Shown here in pieces: positions 22,704 through 34,393 of a stretch of 64,000 nt of DNA. Position 1 is the first letter of the stretch, and every line of letters starts with the position of its first letter. Below the pieces are notes generated by a model, which made no database searches, was not told the DNA's origin, and saw only the letters and a list, made by a program, of their open reading frames with translations. Where the stretch lies: the NCBI GenBank assembly GCA_030390025.1, contig CM059435.1, positions 102,548,001 through 102,612,000 of the forward strand. Reading direction: 5' to 3'. The translations under genes and the position numbers were made by a program. Source of the DNA: Squalus acanthias (taxonomy: Eukaryota).

Positions 22704-23900
22704 AAGAACATAAGAACATAAGAAATAGGAGCAGGAGTAGACCAATCGGCCCCTCGAGCCTGCTCCGCCATTCAATGAGATCATGGCTGATCTGATCCAA
22801 CCTCAACTCTAAAGAACACAAGAAGTAGGAGCAGGACCAGGCCACTCAGCCCCTGGGCCCGCTCCGCCACCCACAGGGCCTTGACCGATCCGAACTCAAA
22901 CTCATGTCCAATTTCCAGCCCGCTCCCCGTAACCCCTGATTCCCTTTACTTCTAGGAAACGGTCTATTTCTGTTTTAAATTTATTTAATAAAGTAGCTTC
23001 CACAGCTTCCTGGGGTAGCAAATTCCACAGACCCACTACCCTCTGAGTGAAAAAGTTTCTCCTTATCTCAGTTTTGAAAGAGGAGCCCCTTATTCTAAGA
23101 TTATGTCCCCTAGTTCTAGTTTCACCCATCATTGGGAACATCCTCACCGCGTCCACCCGATCAAGCCCCTTCACAATCTTATATGTTTCAATAAGATCGC
23201 CTCTCATTCTTCTGAACTCCAATGAGTAGAGTCCCAATCTACTCAACCTCTCCTCATATGTCCACCCCCTCATCCCCGGAATTAACCGAGTGAACCTTCT
23301 TTGTACTGCCTCGAGAGCAAGTATGTCTTTTCTTAAGTATGGACACCAAAACTGTATGCAGTACTCCAGGTGCGGTCTCACCAATACCCTATACAACTGC
23401 AGCAATACCTCCCTGTTTTTATATTCTATCCCCCTAGCAATAAAAACCAACATTCCATTGGCTTTCTTGATCACCTGCTGCACCTGCATACTAACTTTTT
23501 GATTTTCTTGCACCAAGACCCCCAGATCCCTTTGTACTGCAGTACTTTCCAGTTTCTCGCCATTAAGATAATAACTTGCTCTCTGATTTTTCCTGCCAAA
23601 GTGCGTAACCTCACATTTTCCAATATTGTATTGCATCTGCCAAATCTCTGCCCACTCACCCAGCCTGTCTATATCCCCTTGTAGGTTTTTTATGTCCTCC
23701 TCACTCTCTACTTTCCCTCCCATCTTTGTATCATCTGCAAACTTTGATATGTTACACTCGGTCCCCTCCTCCAAATCGTTAATATAGATTGTAAAGAGTT
23801 GGGGACCCAGCACCGACCCCTGCAGAACACCACTGGCTACTGGTTGCCAGTCCGAGAATGAACCATTTATCCCAACTCTCTGCTTCCTGTTAGATAACCA
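22704..23900 (-). mobile_element. CR1 LINE 3' fragment with duplicated 3' terminal module
   Basis: ORF 22902-23921 (GSVLGPQLF..FADDTK..LVRPHLEYC..) is open; (AAGAACAT)n tail at 22704. Confidence 0.95.
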
Positions 23901-23904
23901 TTGG

Positions 23905-24502
23905 CATGGGAGGTGTTGCATGGAGGGATTTCTGCCCCCTGGTGGAACGGGATCAGCATCCTCCTGTCGACAGCCTGGACCAGGGCCTCTAGAGCTACAT
24001 CCGAGAACCCAGTTGCCCTCTCTGTACCTCTTCCAGTCATTATAGACATTTCACAGCATTTCCCGGGGCTATGTCCTGCACCCCAAAGACGCTTGAAATA
24101 TGTCCTACCTTGTATTGGGTTCAGCAGATTTTCAGGTGTCCCTGGCAACCGTCTAAAATAGGAGTTAGGCTCCTTGGATATACTAATGAGGACCTAATGC
24201 CTGTTTTATGACCCCTTCCGGAAATTGGGCTGTCCTGAGCGAAATAGGTTCCAGGCCTAACAAGCGGCCATCAACTAAAGGTAAATTTAAAAAATAAACT
24301 TTCATGTAGAACTAGGAGGAGAAGGAGTGCTCCTCCTGGTTCCACAGCACTCCTGAGGGCCGCTGCCAGCCACAATCCAGGATTTACCTCCCTGGACATA
24401 CCTGAGGGATAGATTGAAATGGGTGAGCTGCCTCTGGAGGCGCAACAGATGCCGGCAGCTTGCCCCAATTATTACAAGGGGGCAAAGGTCCAATTTCAGG
24501 CT
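23905..24502 (-). mobile_element. Harbinger end carrying the 5' part of a Myb/SANT-like gene, truncated by CR1
   Basis: MTGRGTERATGFSDVALEALVQAVDRR matches the R..R.FS...LE.LV..V..R start of Myb/SANT-like (MSANTD/NAIF1-type) domains; terminus CCAATTTCAGGC at ~24502. Confidence 0.7.
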
Positions 24503-25179
24503 AGCCTCGAGCCTCCTGGTTCAGGCAAACTGTGTGCTGGTGCACCTAAGACAGACTAGAGAGGGGAGAAAACCCAGGATATATCACCACAAAGATGGTA
24601 ATATATAGCTGATAACCGGTGGGGGCGGGGAGGGCAGAAAAGTCCCTGCACAGGGGAGGGGGTATGAATTTGAACCTGAAATATTAACCTTTGGCCCTGC
24701 ACCAATCCAATTCTCCCCTCAATTTAAATTACCCGCGTGGAGACCTGAAAGAAGGTATTAGGCCTGAGTGGTCATGTGGGGTCAATTAATTGACAGGAAG
24801 GGAGAGGGCGGGGCCAGGATAATAGACAAAGGCAAAGGGCAGCATCAGTGAGAAGTGATGGAAAATACAGGTGTGAAGGAAAAAGTAGGGAATGTCAGGA
24901 CAAAAATTGGGAACGTGAGGAGAAACAGGGAATGTGAGATATACACAGGGAATGTGAGGGTAAAACAATTTGGAAACAGTGGAAGGTTCTCTCTTAACAG
25001 AGAAAAAAAGCTTAGTATTAACCCCAAAACACCCCAGGAAATGGATTACCCAGACTTTGATATATAAATTACGTTGTAATTCAACTCACTGAAATCTTTG
25101 TATTCTACAAAACAAAAAGACTGAAATATTTGATTTGACCCTTGATGATACAGAGACACTCAACTAATAGCATTTGCAA

Positions 25180-25290
25180 ACAGTGGGCAAATCTCATGTG
25201 ATCAAATGTCACATGATTGAATGCCACATGATCAAGCGCCACATGAACAAATATCACATGATCAAACCTCCAGAAATACATCCAACTTAG
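25180..25290. repeat. ~15-bp tandem repeat (CACATGATCAAATGC-like, ~5 copies) at a hAT-like subterminus
   Basis: Repeated CACATGATCAA units ending in ACCTCCAGAAATACATCCAAC, which resembles the right end of the 20685-21819 element. Confidence 0.7.
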
Positions 25291-25644
25291 AATGTTGAAG
25301 AAAGTCAGAAAAGAAAGAGCAGAGGTTCTGACCACAATCTTTCAAACATCGTTGGATATGGAAATTGTGGCAGAGGATTGGAAGGTAACAACTCCCATCA
25401 AAAAAAGAAAAAAAGGGATAAACCAGGAAACTTCAGACCAGTGGGTAAGCTTCCAGATGCCATTATACAGGATAATGTTAATACTCACCAAGAAATACAT
25501 GGGTTAATTAAGGATAGCTTGGATTTGTAAAAGGTATTTCTGACAAAGTAGTTTGGGTAAATAACAGAGTGGATTGAGGAAGGAAATGCAGTGGATATTG
25601 TGTATATGGAGGCTTTGCTTATGAGGAGAGACAAGGGAAACGAT

Positions 25645-26451
25645 GGGGGCAATTTTGCCAGCCTTGGGAGGCGGGTATAGAGGCGGGAAAATGGCAGAAT
25701 CTGGGGGCGGGTACCCATCCCGCCCCCAACCCACCTCCGTGCCATCTTCCCAGGAGGCGGGTACCTGACCCGCGCTGGGAGCCGCCTCCTCGAGGCGGGA
25801 AGGGGATTAGTGCCACAGGCAGTTTTTTGGATAATCCCTATTTTGAGCCCTAAAATGCGGGCTTCCCGACGGCTCCGAACCTCGCCAGGGTCAGCGAGGC
25901 GAGCCGTGGGTCTGCGGGGTTCGGAGGGGCCGAGATGTCCAGTGTGCAGGTGAGTGATGGGCGCATGTGTGCAGAGGTAAGTGTGTGAGGTGAGTCTTAA
26001 GTGTTTTAAAAGCTTTACTTACCTTTGTTTCTTCCTGCAGGCTTCATCCCTTCAGGTCTCGGGAGTCCCTCAGCTCACCGGCAGAGAAAGCAGAATGGCC
26101 GCTGCATTCTCAAATGCATCAGCCTTCTGCTTTCTCGTCAGGAGAGATCTCTAAGTAAGCCTGTGTCCCAGGTCTCAACTTAGAAGACAGATTGGCAGTG
26201 TTTGACAGCTTCACAGAGCTGTCAAACGATGATAATTCATCTGTCAAAAGCTCTTGACAGATGAAACGTCACTCGCTGACGTCACCAGTAACAGGCTTTC
26301 CCTTAATTGGCCTGCTAAGCCCGCTGGGCGGGCTTAACACGGTCAATCAAGGGGAAATAGCGTGGGCTGGCCGGACGTCGATGGAGACGGGACTAAAACC
26401 CGACAAGCAGCAGTCCCGCCTCCATCACGTCCCCATTGGCAAAATCACCCC
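25645..26451. mobile_element. Harbinger-like MITE inserted in an old CR1 fragment
   Basis: GGGGGCAATTTTGCCA / TGGCAAAATCACCCC termini; degenerate CR1 RT sequence on both sides (25290-25620, 26470-26600). Confidence 0.75.
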
Positions 26452-26832
26452 TGTGGTGTCTCTTCATTTTAACAAAGTAGGTTACAAGGAGATCTGATAG
26501 TGATGTTCAAAATTATAAAGGGGTTTGATTAGGTAAACAGTTAAAAAAATATTTTTTTCCCTGGTTGTAGATACAATAATTAGAAGATCATCACCAGAAA
26601 AAAAGGTTGGAAGAATTTTTTTAGGACAGGGAATGAAGTTTTAAGTATTGGTTTTGATCTGTTCAAATGTTCAATTTCCTTTGGAGAAACTAAAATGTCA
26701 TATGTTTGGTCACCTCATTCTTATTTTTAATAGCAACTGGTAGGATGATTGTTTAGATAACAAGGTTTTTACAGGCTCATTGAATAAATGTCATTAGACA
26801 TGAAATCCTAATTCACCTGCTTATGATACCAT

Positions 26833-27599
26833 GGCCTAGAAGTTGGGCCATGTAGCGCCTGTTTTTCAGGTGCTACACGGCCAACTAAGCCCCAAAATGG
26901 TGGGCAGGAAACACGCTGACTGCCATATTGGGTAATGACAAATGAGAGGTGTCCTTAACCCATGCCTGAAGCAGGCGTTGGCCCCTTTGCATATGCAAAT
27001 AAGGGGCCTAACGCTTGTTTGAGATCCCCTCTTACTGGTTTGCCCTGAGACAGCCAGCACCAGCACGGGCTGCACTCGGAAACCAGCCCTAGAGGTCACC
27101 TGCAACAAAGAAGGTATGTAACTTACCTGATTGTGGAGCCGGGAGGAGCAGGAGTGCTCCTACTTACCCCACATTAAAGGACCTGATCCCCTGCCCCCGC
27201 CCCGATCGTGGACATCTCGGCCTCCTTTCCGAACCCCCAGCCTCGCGTTGTCCCAACTCCTGGACCCACTTACGTGATCAAACCTCCAGGAATACATCCA
27301 ACCAGAGTTGGCAATCTAATCCTAGAATGTTGAAGAAAATCAGAAAAAAAAATAGCAGAGGTTCTGCCCGCAATCTTTCAGACATGGTTGGATATGGAAA
27401 GTGTGGCAGAGGATTGGAACGTAACAACTCCCATCAACCCCCGAGGCTAGCAGCAGCCCAATTGTTATTCAGACGTCATCCAGTCTTCGTGGGCAGGCTG
27501 TTACGTCACACCAGCTCTATTACAATGAGGTCCGAGGACACACTATCTCAGGAGAATCTGACGCAGGGTATTTAATGGGTGCTCCCGAATGTCTGGGCC
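26833..27599. mobile_element. Harbinger-like MITE with internal templated insertion
   Basis: GGCCTAGAAGTT / AATGTCTGGGCC termini, TSD CAT on both sides. Confidence 0.8.
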
Positions 27600-27916
27600 C
27601 ATTAGTTCTGTTTTGAGATTGCTCTTCATCTGCACCAACTATTGATCTTGTAATTTCTCAACGGACTGAGGTCTAAATGGGAAATGATGCTGGCAACATT
27701 CGTTAACCTTTATAAACCAGAAGGTGGGATGCTATTGGCAATGTCACCACTTCCTTTTTAATCATGCCCGGCACTGTAAATTTAACATTTTAATCTTGGT
27801 TTAAAATGTGATGTTGCCTCAGTTAGAAGGGCACATTTTCCTCTTCTGGCTCTACGGCGTAAGGGATCACCTGGGTAGAGCACATTGAGGACAATTGGCA
27901 GGGAGGGTCATTAAGC

Positions 27917-28758
27917 CAGTGGTTCTTGAACTTTTTTGGTTGACGAACCCCTTGTCAAATGGATTAGTAGTCGTGGACACCTCCCCCACCCCATCTAAGT
28001 TAGAATACTATATAATACTCATAATATGAAAGTGCTGCTAAAGTGTTTTAATAATGCTTTTAAGAAAACAGGTATTTATTTACAGGTATCAGTGAGATGG
28101 GTGTGCCTGCTTCTCGCTTCAATTCTGGGTACTTCACAGTAACAGACGGCCACTATTAGCCATTTAGTGCTGGACAATTTTTAAAGCCGTCAGCAGGCTG
28201 GCCAAGGTGAGCGAGGGCAGGCCGGCCAAGGTGAGCGAGGGCAGGCCGGCCAAGGTGAGCGAGGGCAGGCTGGCCAAGGTGAGCGAGGGCAGGCTGGCCA
28301 AGGTGAGCGAGGGCAGGCTGGCCAAGGTGAGCGAGGGCAGGCTGGCCCAGGTGAGCGAGGGCAGGCTGGCCAAGGTGAGCGAGGGCACGAGCATCCATGC
28401 ACATGCTGGGATGTGGGCAGGAAGAATGACTCACCGCCGTACTGTCCCACTGGCATGTTCTCTAACAGCAGCACTGTGGGATTGTACGTGTTTGAAGGGT
28501 CCCGCAGGCGCTCTGATCACGTGTCAGGAGGATGGCAGAGGATTGCGGCACCTGGGAGAGGAATCGGCTCGACCGGCAGGGAGCGCTTGTTGCAAAGTGA
28601 GTGAGAGCTGTGGGCCTCCGAGGAGGCGGGCCCAGCCGTTGAAAATAATTTGCAAGAACTGAATCAGTGTCCGTTTTTATAAAGAGGAGCAGCCTTGAAA
28701 TTGCCTCTGGTCGCGGACTCCCTGTAAAGCACCTACGGACCTCGGTTTGAGAAACACA
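27917..28758. mobile_element. hAT-Charlie-like non-autonomous element
   Basis: Left end CAGTGGTTCTTGAACTTTTT..GAACCCC; right end GCGGACTCCCTG..CGGACCTCGGTTTGAGAAACAC; flanks CATTAAGC / CATTTAAGC resemble an 8-bp TSD. Confidence 0.7.
28192..28388. repeat. 24-bp minisatellite, ~8 copies
   Basis: Unit GCCAAGGTGAGCGAGGGCAGGC(C/T)G; explains the 8-aa periodic ORFs. Confidence 0.95.
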
Positions 28759-29344
28759 TTTAAGCTACAGAGAACTGGGTGAGCTCTGCTACAGCCAGGC
28801 AATCTTCCCTGCCTTATTTTCCTCCACCCAAGCGATCCTTTATGCACAAGCACTGGAAGAGAAAAATCTGCTCCACAGAGTCCTACAGCAGAAACTTCGG
28901 ATAACATCGTAGCAGAGGATGTTTCGGGGTGACCCCTAACAGGTCCTGAGCTAAGTCAAAGACTTAAGGGTCTTGATTTTTACATACCTCTGGGTCCCCG
29001 GCAGCCTCCTGCCACCTGATTTTAACGGCCTGCCAGCTGCTTCCTGCTGGCCTCCTCCCACCTTTGGTCAGCAAGTAGCATTGCTAATGAGGCCCAGCTG
29101 TTAAGCTTGGCCGAGTCTGCCTGCTGCCACTCCCTGACAGGCCAGCCACTCACACTGCCATGTTCCCACCCGGGAGTTCGAATTGAGCCCAAGGTTTCTG
29201 ACTTAAATGGTGCATTCAAAGTTAATCGGGTTGGATATGTTGGCATGCCTGCATGGCTAGTTTGCTGGTCTTAATACTTTTGAGTGACTAAAATTGGCTC
29301 TCTCCCATTGTGTTTTTACCAAATGCAAATTATAATCCAAATAT

Positions 29345-31030
29345 AAGAACATAAGAAATAGGAGCTGGAGTAGGCCATTTGGCCCTTCGAGCCTGCTCCG
29401 CCATTCAACAAGATCATGGCTGATCATCTATCTCAACTCCACCTTCCCGCACTATCCCCATATCCCTTAATTCCCAAAAAATTATCGACCTCTGTCTTGA
29501 ATATACTCAATGACTGAGCATCCACAGCCCTCTGGGGTAGAGAATTCCAAAGATTCACAACCCTTTGAAGACATTTCTCATCATCTCAGTCCGAAATGGC
29601 CGACCACTTATTCTATGACTGTGACCCCGTGTTCTAGATTCCGTAGCCAGGGGAAACATTTTCTCAGCATTAACCCTGTCAAGCCCCTTAAGAATTTTAT
29701 ATGTTTCAATTAGATCACCGCTCATTCTTCTAAACTCTAAGGAATATAGGCCTAGTCTACTCAATCACTCCTCATAGGGCAATCCCCTCATCCCAGGAAC
29801 CAGTCTAGTGAACCTTCGCTGCACTCCCTCTAAGGCAAGTATGTCTTTCCTTAGGTAAGGAGACCAGAACTGTACACAGTATTCCAGGTGTGGCCTCACC
29901 AATGCCCTGTATAATTGTAGTAAGACTTCTTTACTCTTATACTCTAATCCCTTTGTAACAAAAGCTAACATACCTTTTGCTTTCCTAATTGCTTGCTGTA
30001 CCTGCATGTTAACTTTCTGTGATTCATGTACAAGGACACCCAGATCCCTCTGAGTGCAAACATTTCCCAGTCTCTCACCATTCAAAAAATATTCTGCTTT
30101 TTTGTTTTTCCTACCAAAGTGGATAACTTCACACTTCCCCACATTGTAATCCATTTGCAATGTTCTTGCCCACTCAGTCAACCTGTCTATATCTCTCTGC
30201 AGCCTCTTTGCGTCCTCCTCACAGCTTACTTTCCCACCTAACTTTGTATCATCAGCAAACTTGGATACGTTACACTCAGTCCCTTCATCCAAGTCATTAA
30301 TATAGATTGTAAATAGCTGAGGCCCAAGCACTGATCCTTGCAGTACCCGTTAGTTACAGCCTGCCAACCTGAAAAGGTCCCGTTTATTCCTACTCTGTTT
30401 TCTGTCCATTAACCAATCCTCAATCCATGCTAATATATTATCCCCAATACCATGAGTCCTAATTTTGTGTAATAATCTCGTGTGCCACCTTATCGAATAC
30501 TTTTTTGGAAATCCAAATACACTACATCCACTGGTTCCCCCTTATCCATCCTACTAGTTACATCTTCGAAAAACTCGAGCAGATTTGTTAAACACGATTT
30601 CCCTTTCATAAAATCATGTTGACTCTGCCTAATCATATTATAATTTTCTAAGTGCCATGTTACCACGTCCCTAATAATAGATTCTAGCATTTTGCCTACT
30701 ACTGATGTCAGGCTAACTGGCCTATAGTTCCCCATTTTTTCTCTTCCTCCTTTCTTAAATAGCGGGGTTATGTTTGCTACCTTCCAATCCTTGGGGACTG
30801 TTCTAGAATCAAGGGCATTCTGGAAGAATAATACCAGTGCATCCACTATCTCTGCAGCTATCTCTTTTAAAACCCTAGGATGCAGGTCATCAGGTCCAGG
30901 TGATTTGTTGCCACTTAGTCCCATTAATTTCTCCAGTGCTATGTCTTTACTTATACTGATTTCTTTAAGTTCCTCATTCTCTCTAGACCCTTGGTTCCCC
31001 ATTATTTCCAGAATATTTTTGTGTCCTACT
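29345..31030 (-). mobile_element. CR1 LINE, 5'-truncated, frameshifted RT
   Basis: ORFs 30490-31002, 29765-30331, 29555-29764 (KSPGPD, YRPVSLTS, FADD); ATAAGAACATAAGAA tail. Confidence 0.95.
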
Positions 31031-31484
31031 CGCAGCTCTATACTAATGCCATTCTGTAACCAGCAACTAAAGGTACTTTTACTCTGGAATGATTAAGGGA
31101 AAGCAACTGTACACAGCTGATTCCTACATTACAACAGTGACTGCACTTCAAAAGTACTTAATTGGCTGTAAAGCACTTTGGAACATCCTGAGGTCGTGAA
31201 AGGTGCTACATAAATGCAAGTCCTTTGTTTCTTTTTCTCTCTTTTTCTCACTGTTTCTCTGTGATTGGAAATACAGAGACCAGTATTTATGTGACAATGT
31301 TTGGCAAAGAGGCACAGATATGATGGGCCGAATGGCCTCCTTCTGTGCTGTAACCTTCTTTGGTTCGAAGTCATTACAGGTCTCCATTTCAATTGGAGCA
31401 ATTTATTCCAGCAGTTTTGATGCAAGTGAAAGGGAAACCTGCAATTAAGTCATCACATAGTGCATATCCACAGCAATACCCTGC

Positions 31485-31680
31485 GTGATAGGGTGGTGGA
31501 TACAGATTCAATAGTAGCCTTCAAAAGGGAATTAGATAAATACTTGAAGAAAAAATTGCAGGGATATGGAGAAAGAGCGGGGGAGTGGGATTAACTGGAC
31601 TGTTCTTCGAAAGAGCCGGCGCAGACTCGATAGGCCGAATGGCCTTCTTCTCTGCTGCACTATTCTATGTTTCTATGTTG
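31485..31680 (+). mobile_element. CR1 3' tail fragment
   Basis: Matches 2115-2300; TATTCTATGTTTCTATG tail. Confidence 0.85.
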
Positions 31681-32212
31681 TTATACAACCACTTAATAAA
31701 CATCATGACCACTTAATAAACAGATTGACACGTCCATTAAAATAAGAGAGACTTTAATATGAACATGTTAAGCATTCATGAAATAATATTGCCGACACTA
31801 ATTTCTCGGTGATGAAGCATCTATTGAAAGCTGAAAGTTTTTTTTTGTTACTCAGAGATGAAAACGTGTCTCCTAAAGCACTTGGGAGATAAGGGCCTAG
31901 ATCATTCATTGCACTTATGCCAGGAATCAGGCAAAACTCACATGCAATCCGATAGAAAATTCTTCAGGAGCAGCTCTGCCAGATCCCCACTTGCCCCTGC
32001 CACTAATGGCATTTACTGCCATAAGTGATGGGGGAGGAGTTTGTGGTTGTATAATTCATTCCAATATGGGCAGGCATACTCACAAGCTATGCAAATGATG
32101 GAAATACAGCAGAAGATGTCCTTTCCATCTTAGCAATTGAAAAGCAAAGGACGGCAGAAGAAGGAATTTATAAATGACAAGGCTCGAAAATCCTTTGCAA
32201 TCAATCATGGTA

Positions 32213-33366
32213 AGAGAAGGTCAGGTGAGAGTGACTGCCCTTGACATTAAGGCAGCATTTGACTGAGTGTGGCATCAAGGAGCCCTAGTAAAACTGAAGT
32301 CAATGGGAATCAGGGGGAAAACTCTGTGGTTGTTGGAAGCCAATCAACTCAGCCCCAGGACATCGCTGCAGGATTTCCTCAGGGCAGTGTTCTAGGTCCA
32401 ACCATCTTTAGATGCTTCATCATTGAACTTCCCTCCATCATAAGGTCAGAAGTGGGGATGTTCACTGATGATTGCACAGTGTTCAGTGCCATTCGCAACT
32501 CCTCAGATAATGAAGCAGTCCATTCCCGCAAGTAGCAAGACCTGGACGACATTCAGGCTTGGGCTGATAAGTTGCAAATAACATTTGCGCCACACAAATG
32601 CCAGGCAATGACTATCTCCAACAAGCGACAGTCTAACCACCGCCCCATGACATTCAACGGTATTACCATCGCTGAATCCCCCACCATCAACCTCCTGGGG
32701 GGTCACCATTGACCAGAAACTTAACTGGACCAGCCACATAAATACTGTGGCTACAAGAGCAGGTCAGAGGCTGAGTATTCTGCAGTGAGTGTCTCATCTC
32801 CTCAATCCCCAAAGCCTTTCCACCATCTACCATGCACAAGTCAGCAGTGTGATGGAATACTCTCCACTTGCCTGGATGAGTGCAGCTCCAACAAAACTCA
32901 AGAAGCTCGACACCATCCAGGACAAAGCAGCCTGCTTGATTGGCACCCCATCCACCACCTTAAACATTCACTCTCTCCACCACCGGCGCACCGTGGCTGC
33001 AGTGTGTACCATCTACAAGATGCACTGCAGCAACTCGCCAAGGCTTCTTCGGCAGCACCTCCCAAACTCGCGACTTCTACCACCTCGAAGGACAAAGGCA
33101 GCAGGTGCATGGGAACACTACCACCTCCAAGTTCCCCTCCAAGTCACACACCATCCTGACTTGGAAACATATCGCCGTTCCTTCATCGTCGCTAGGTCAA
33201 AATCCCAGAACTCCCTCTCTAACAGCACTGTGGGAGTACCTTCAATGCACAGACTGCAGCAGTTCAAGAAGGCGGCTCACCACCACCTTCTCAAGGGCAA
33301 TTAGGGATGGGCAATAAATGCTGCCCTTGCCAGCGACGCTCACATCCAATGAACGAATAAAAAAAT
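32213..33366 (+). mobile_element. Non-LTR retrotransposon 3' part (CR1/L2-group, family distinct from the CR1s here; clade uncertain)
   Basis: PQGSVLGPTIF..MFTDD RT motifs; SVMEYSPLAW..LDTIQDKAACLI..HSLHHRRTVAA C-terminus; tail ATCCAATGAACGAATAAAAAAA. Confidence 0.85.
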
Positions 33367-33604
33367 AACATGCCTGAGTGGTCTCCAGCTTCTCCTGGTG
33401 ACAAGCTACAGGGGCACTGAATAGGCTATGCAACTGTTATCTCAACTGCAAACCAGGTGGTGAATATAAATACTCCTGTACAAATATCCCAGTAAATACC
33501 CAAATACTCCTATTAAAAAGAAAAAGAAAACAATGAGAATGAGAGTGTTTTCCTTTCTCTTTGCAGAAGAGTATATTTACTATTTAAGTTTGAACCAAAA
33601 ACCT

Positions 33605-33676
33605 CCAGAAACAAAATACAACCACAAGAATAAAAAGCACAAATGTAGTCCCAAACCTTATCACTGGGTGTTTAAT
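33605..33676 (-). terminator. Probable slc6a15 polyadenylation signal
   Basis: ATTAAA on the minus strand (33676-33671) with a GU/U-rich downstream element (TTGTGCTTTTTATTCTTGTGGTTGTATTTTGTTT, 33641-33608) and TGTA motifs upstream; no transcript evidence. Confidence 0.5.
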
Positions 33677-34393
33677 TTCACGTGAAATATAACAAAGGGC
33701 TGCAGAGCTCTAGAAGAACTCAAGAAGCTAAACCTTCCTCCTGCAGGAAAAGTAAAGTGGTACCTTTACTATAAGGAAACCGACTTCGCAAGAGTAACAA
33801 AATTAACAAAGAATTTCATCAAAGGCCTTATCAGTGCTGGAAAAAAAGCTTTTTTTGCATCAAAATGTTCAAACAAATCCAGACAAATATACATATGTAC
33901 ACGTTGCAATATGCAATATAAATATACAGCTTGTTCACTAAATATTCTAAACCACAATAAATATCTAATAATTAGGCACCAAATTAACTGTACTGATCAG
34001 TTTGATAATAAGAGTCAGTTTTGACTCCTGAAAAATAGGACTTTACCTCTTCAAATTAATAATAGCAAACACTTTACACAAAATATACAGCCAGTTTTAA
34101 AATTACAGCTCCCTCTAGCTATCAGTAGCTCATGCCGGCCACTTACTTGTGTCCACACAGCAGAGAAGCACATAATCTCCATTTTACATACAACTGTTAA
34201 AGGGTAGATGCTGTTATCAGTCTGTCGAGGGGAAAATTCCTCTCTTTAGAAAAATAAATGGGAGTCTGCCTGTTTTCCACCAGAATTAACAAACTAGCTA
34301 AAAGAAATTGGGGTAACACACGGGGTTGACACATACATTCTGAGAATATGATTTTGCTAGGTTATTAATTATGGAGTAAAACAGGAATTCTTA

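Noticed and set aside
17320-24502. Idea that the Myb N-terminus at 23905-24060 (minus) and the C-terminal exons at 17320 (plus) are one inverted element
   Set aside because: The terminal sequences at 19492 and 24502 match poorly and no inversion breakpoints are visible; two separate insertions are simpler
28156-28662. Repetitive ORFs (KVSEGRLA)n and a CRISPR-like appearance
   Set aside because: Head-to-tail 24-bp minisatellite with no unique spacers; eukaryotic context and no cas genes
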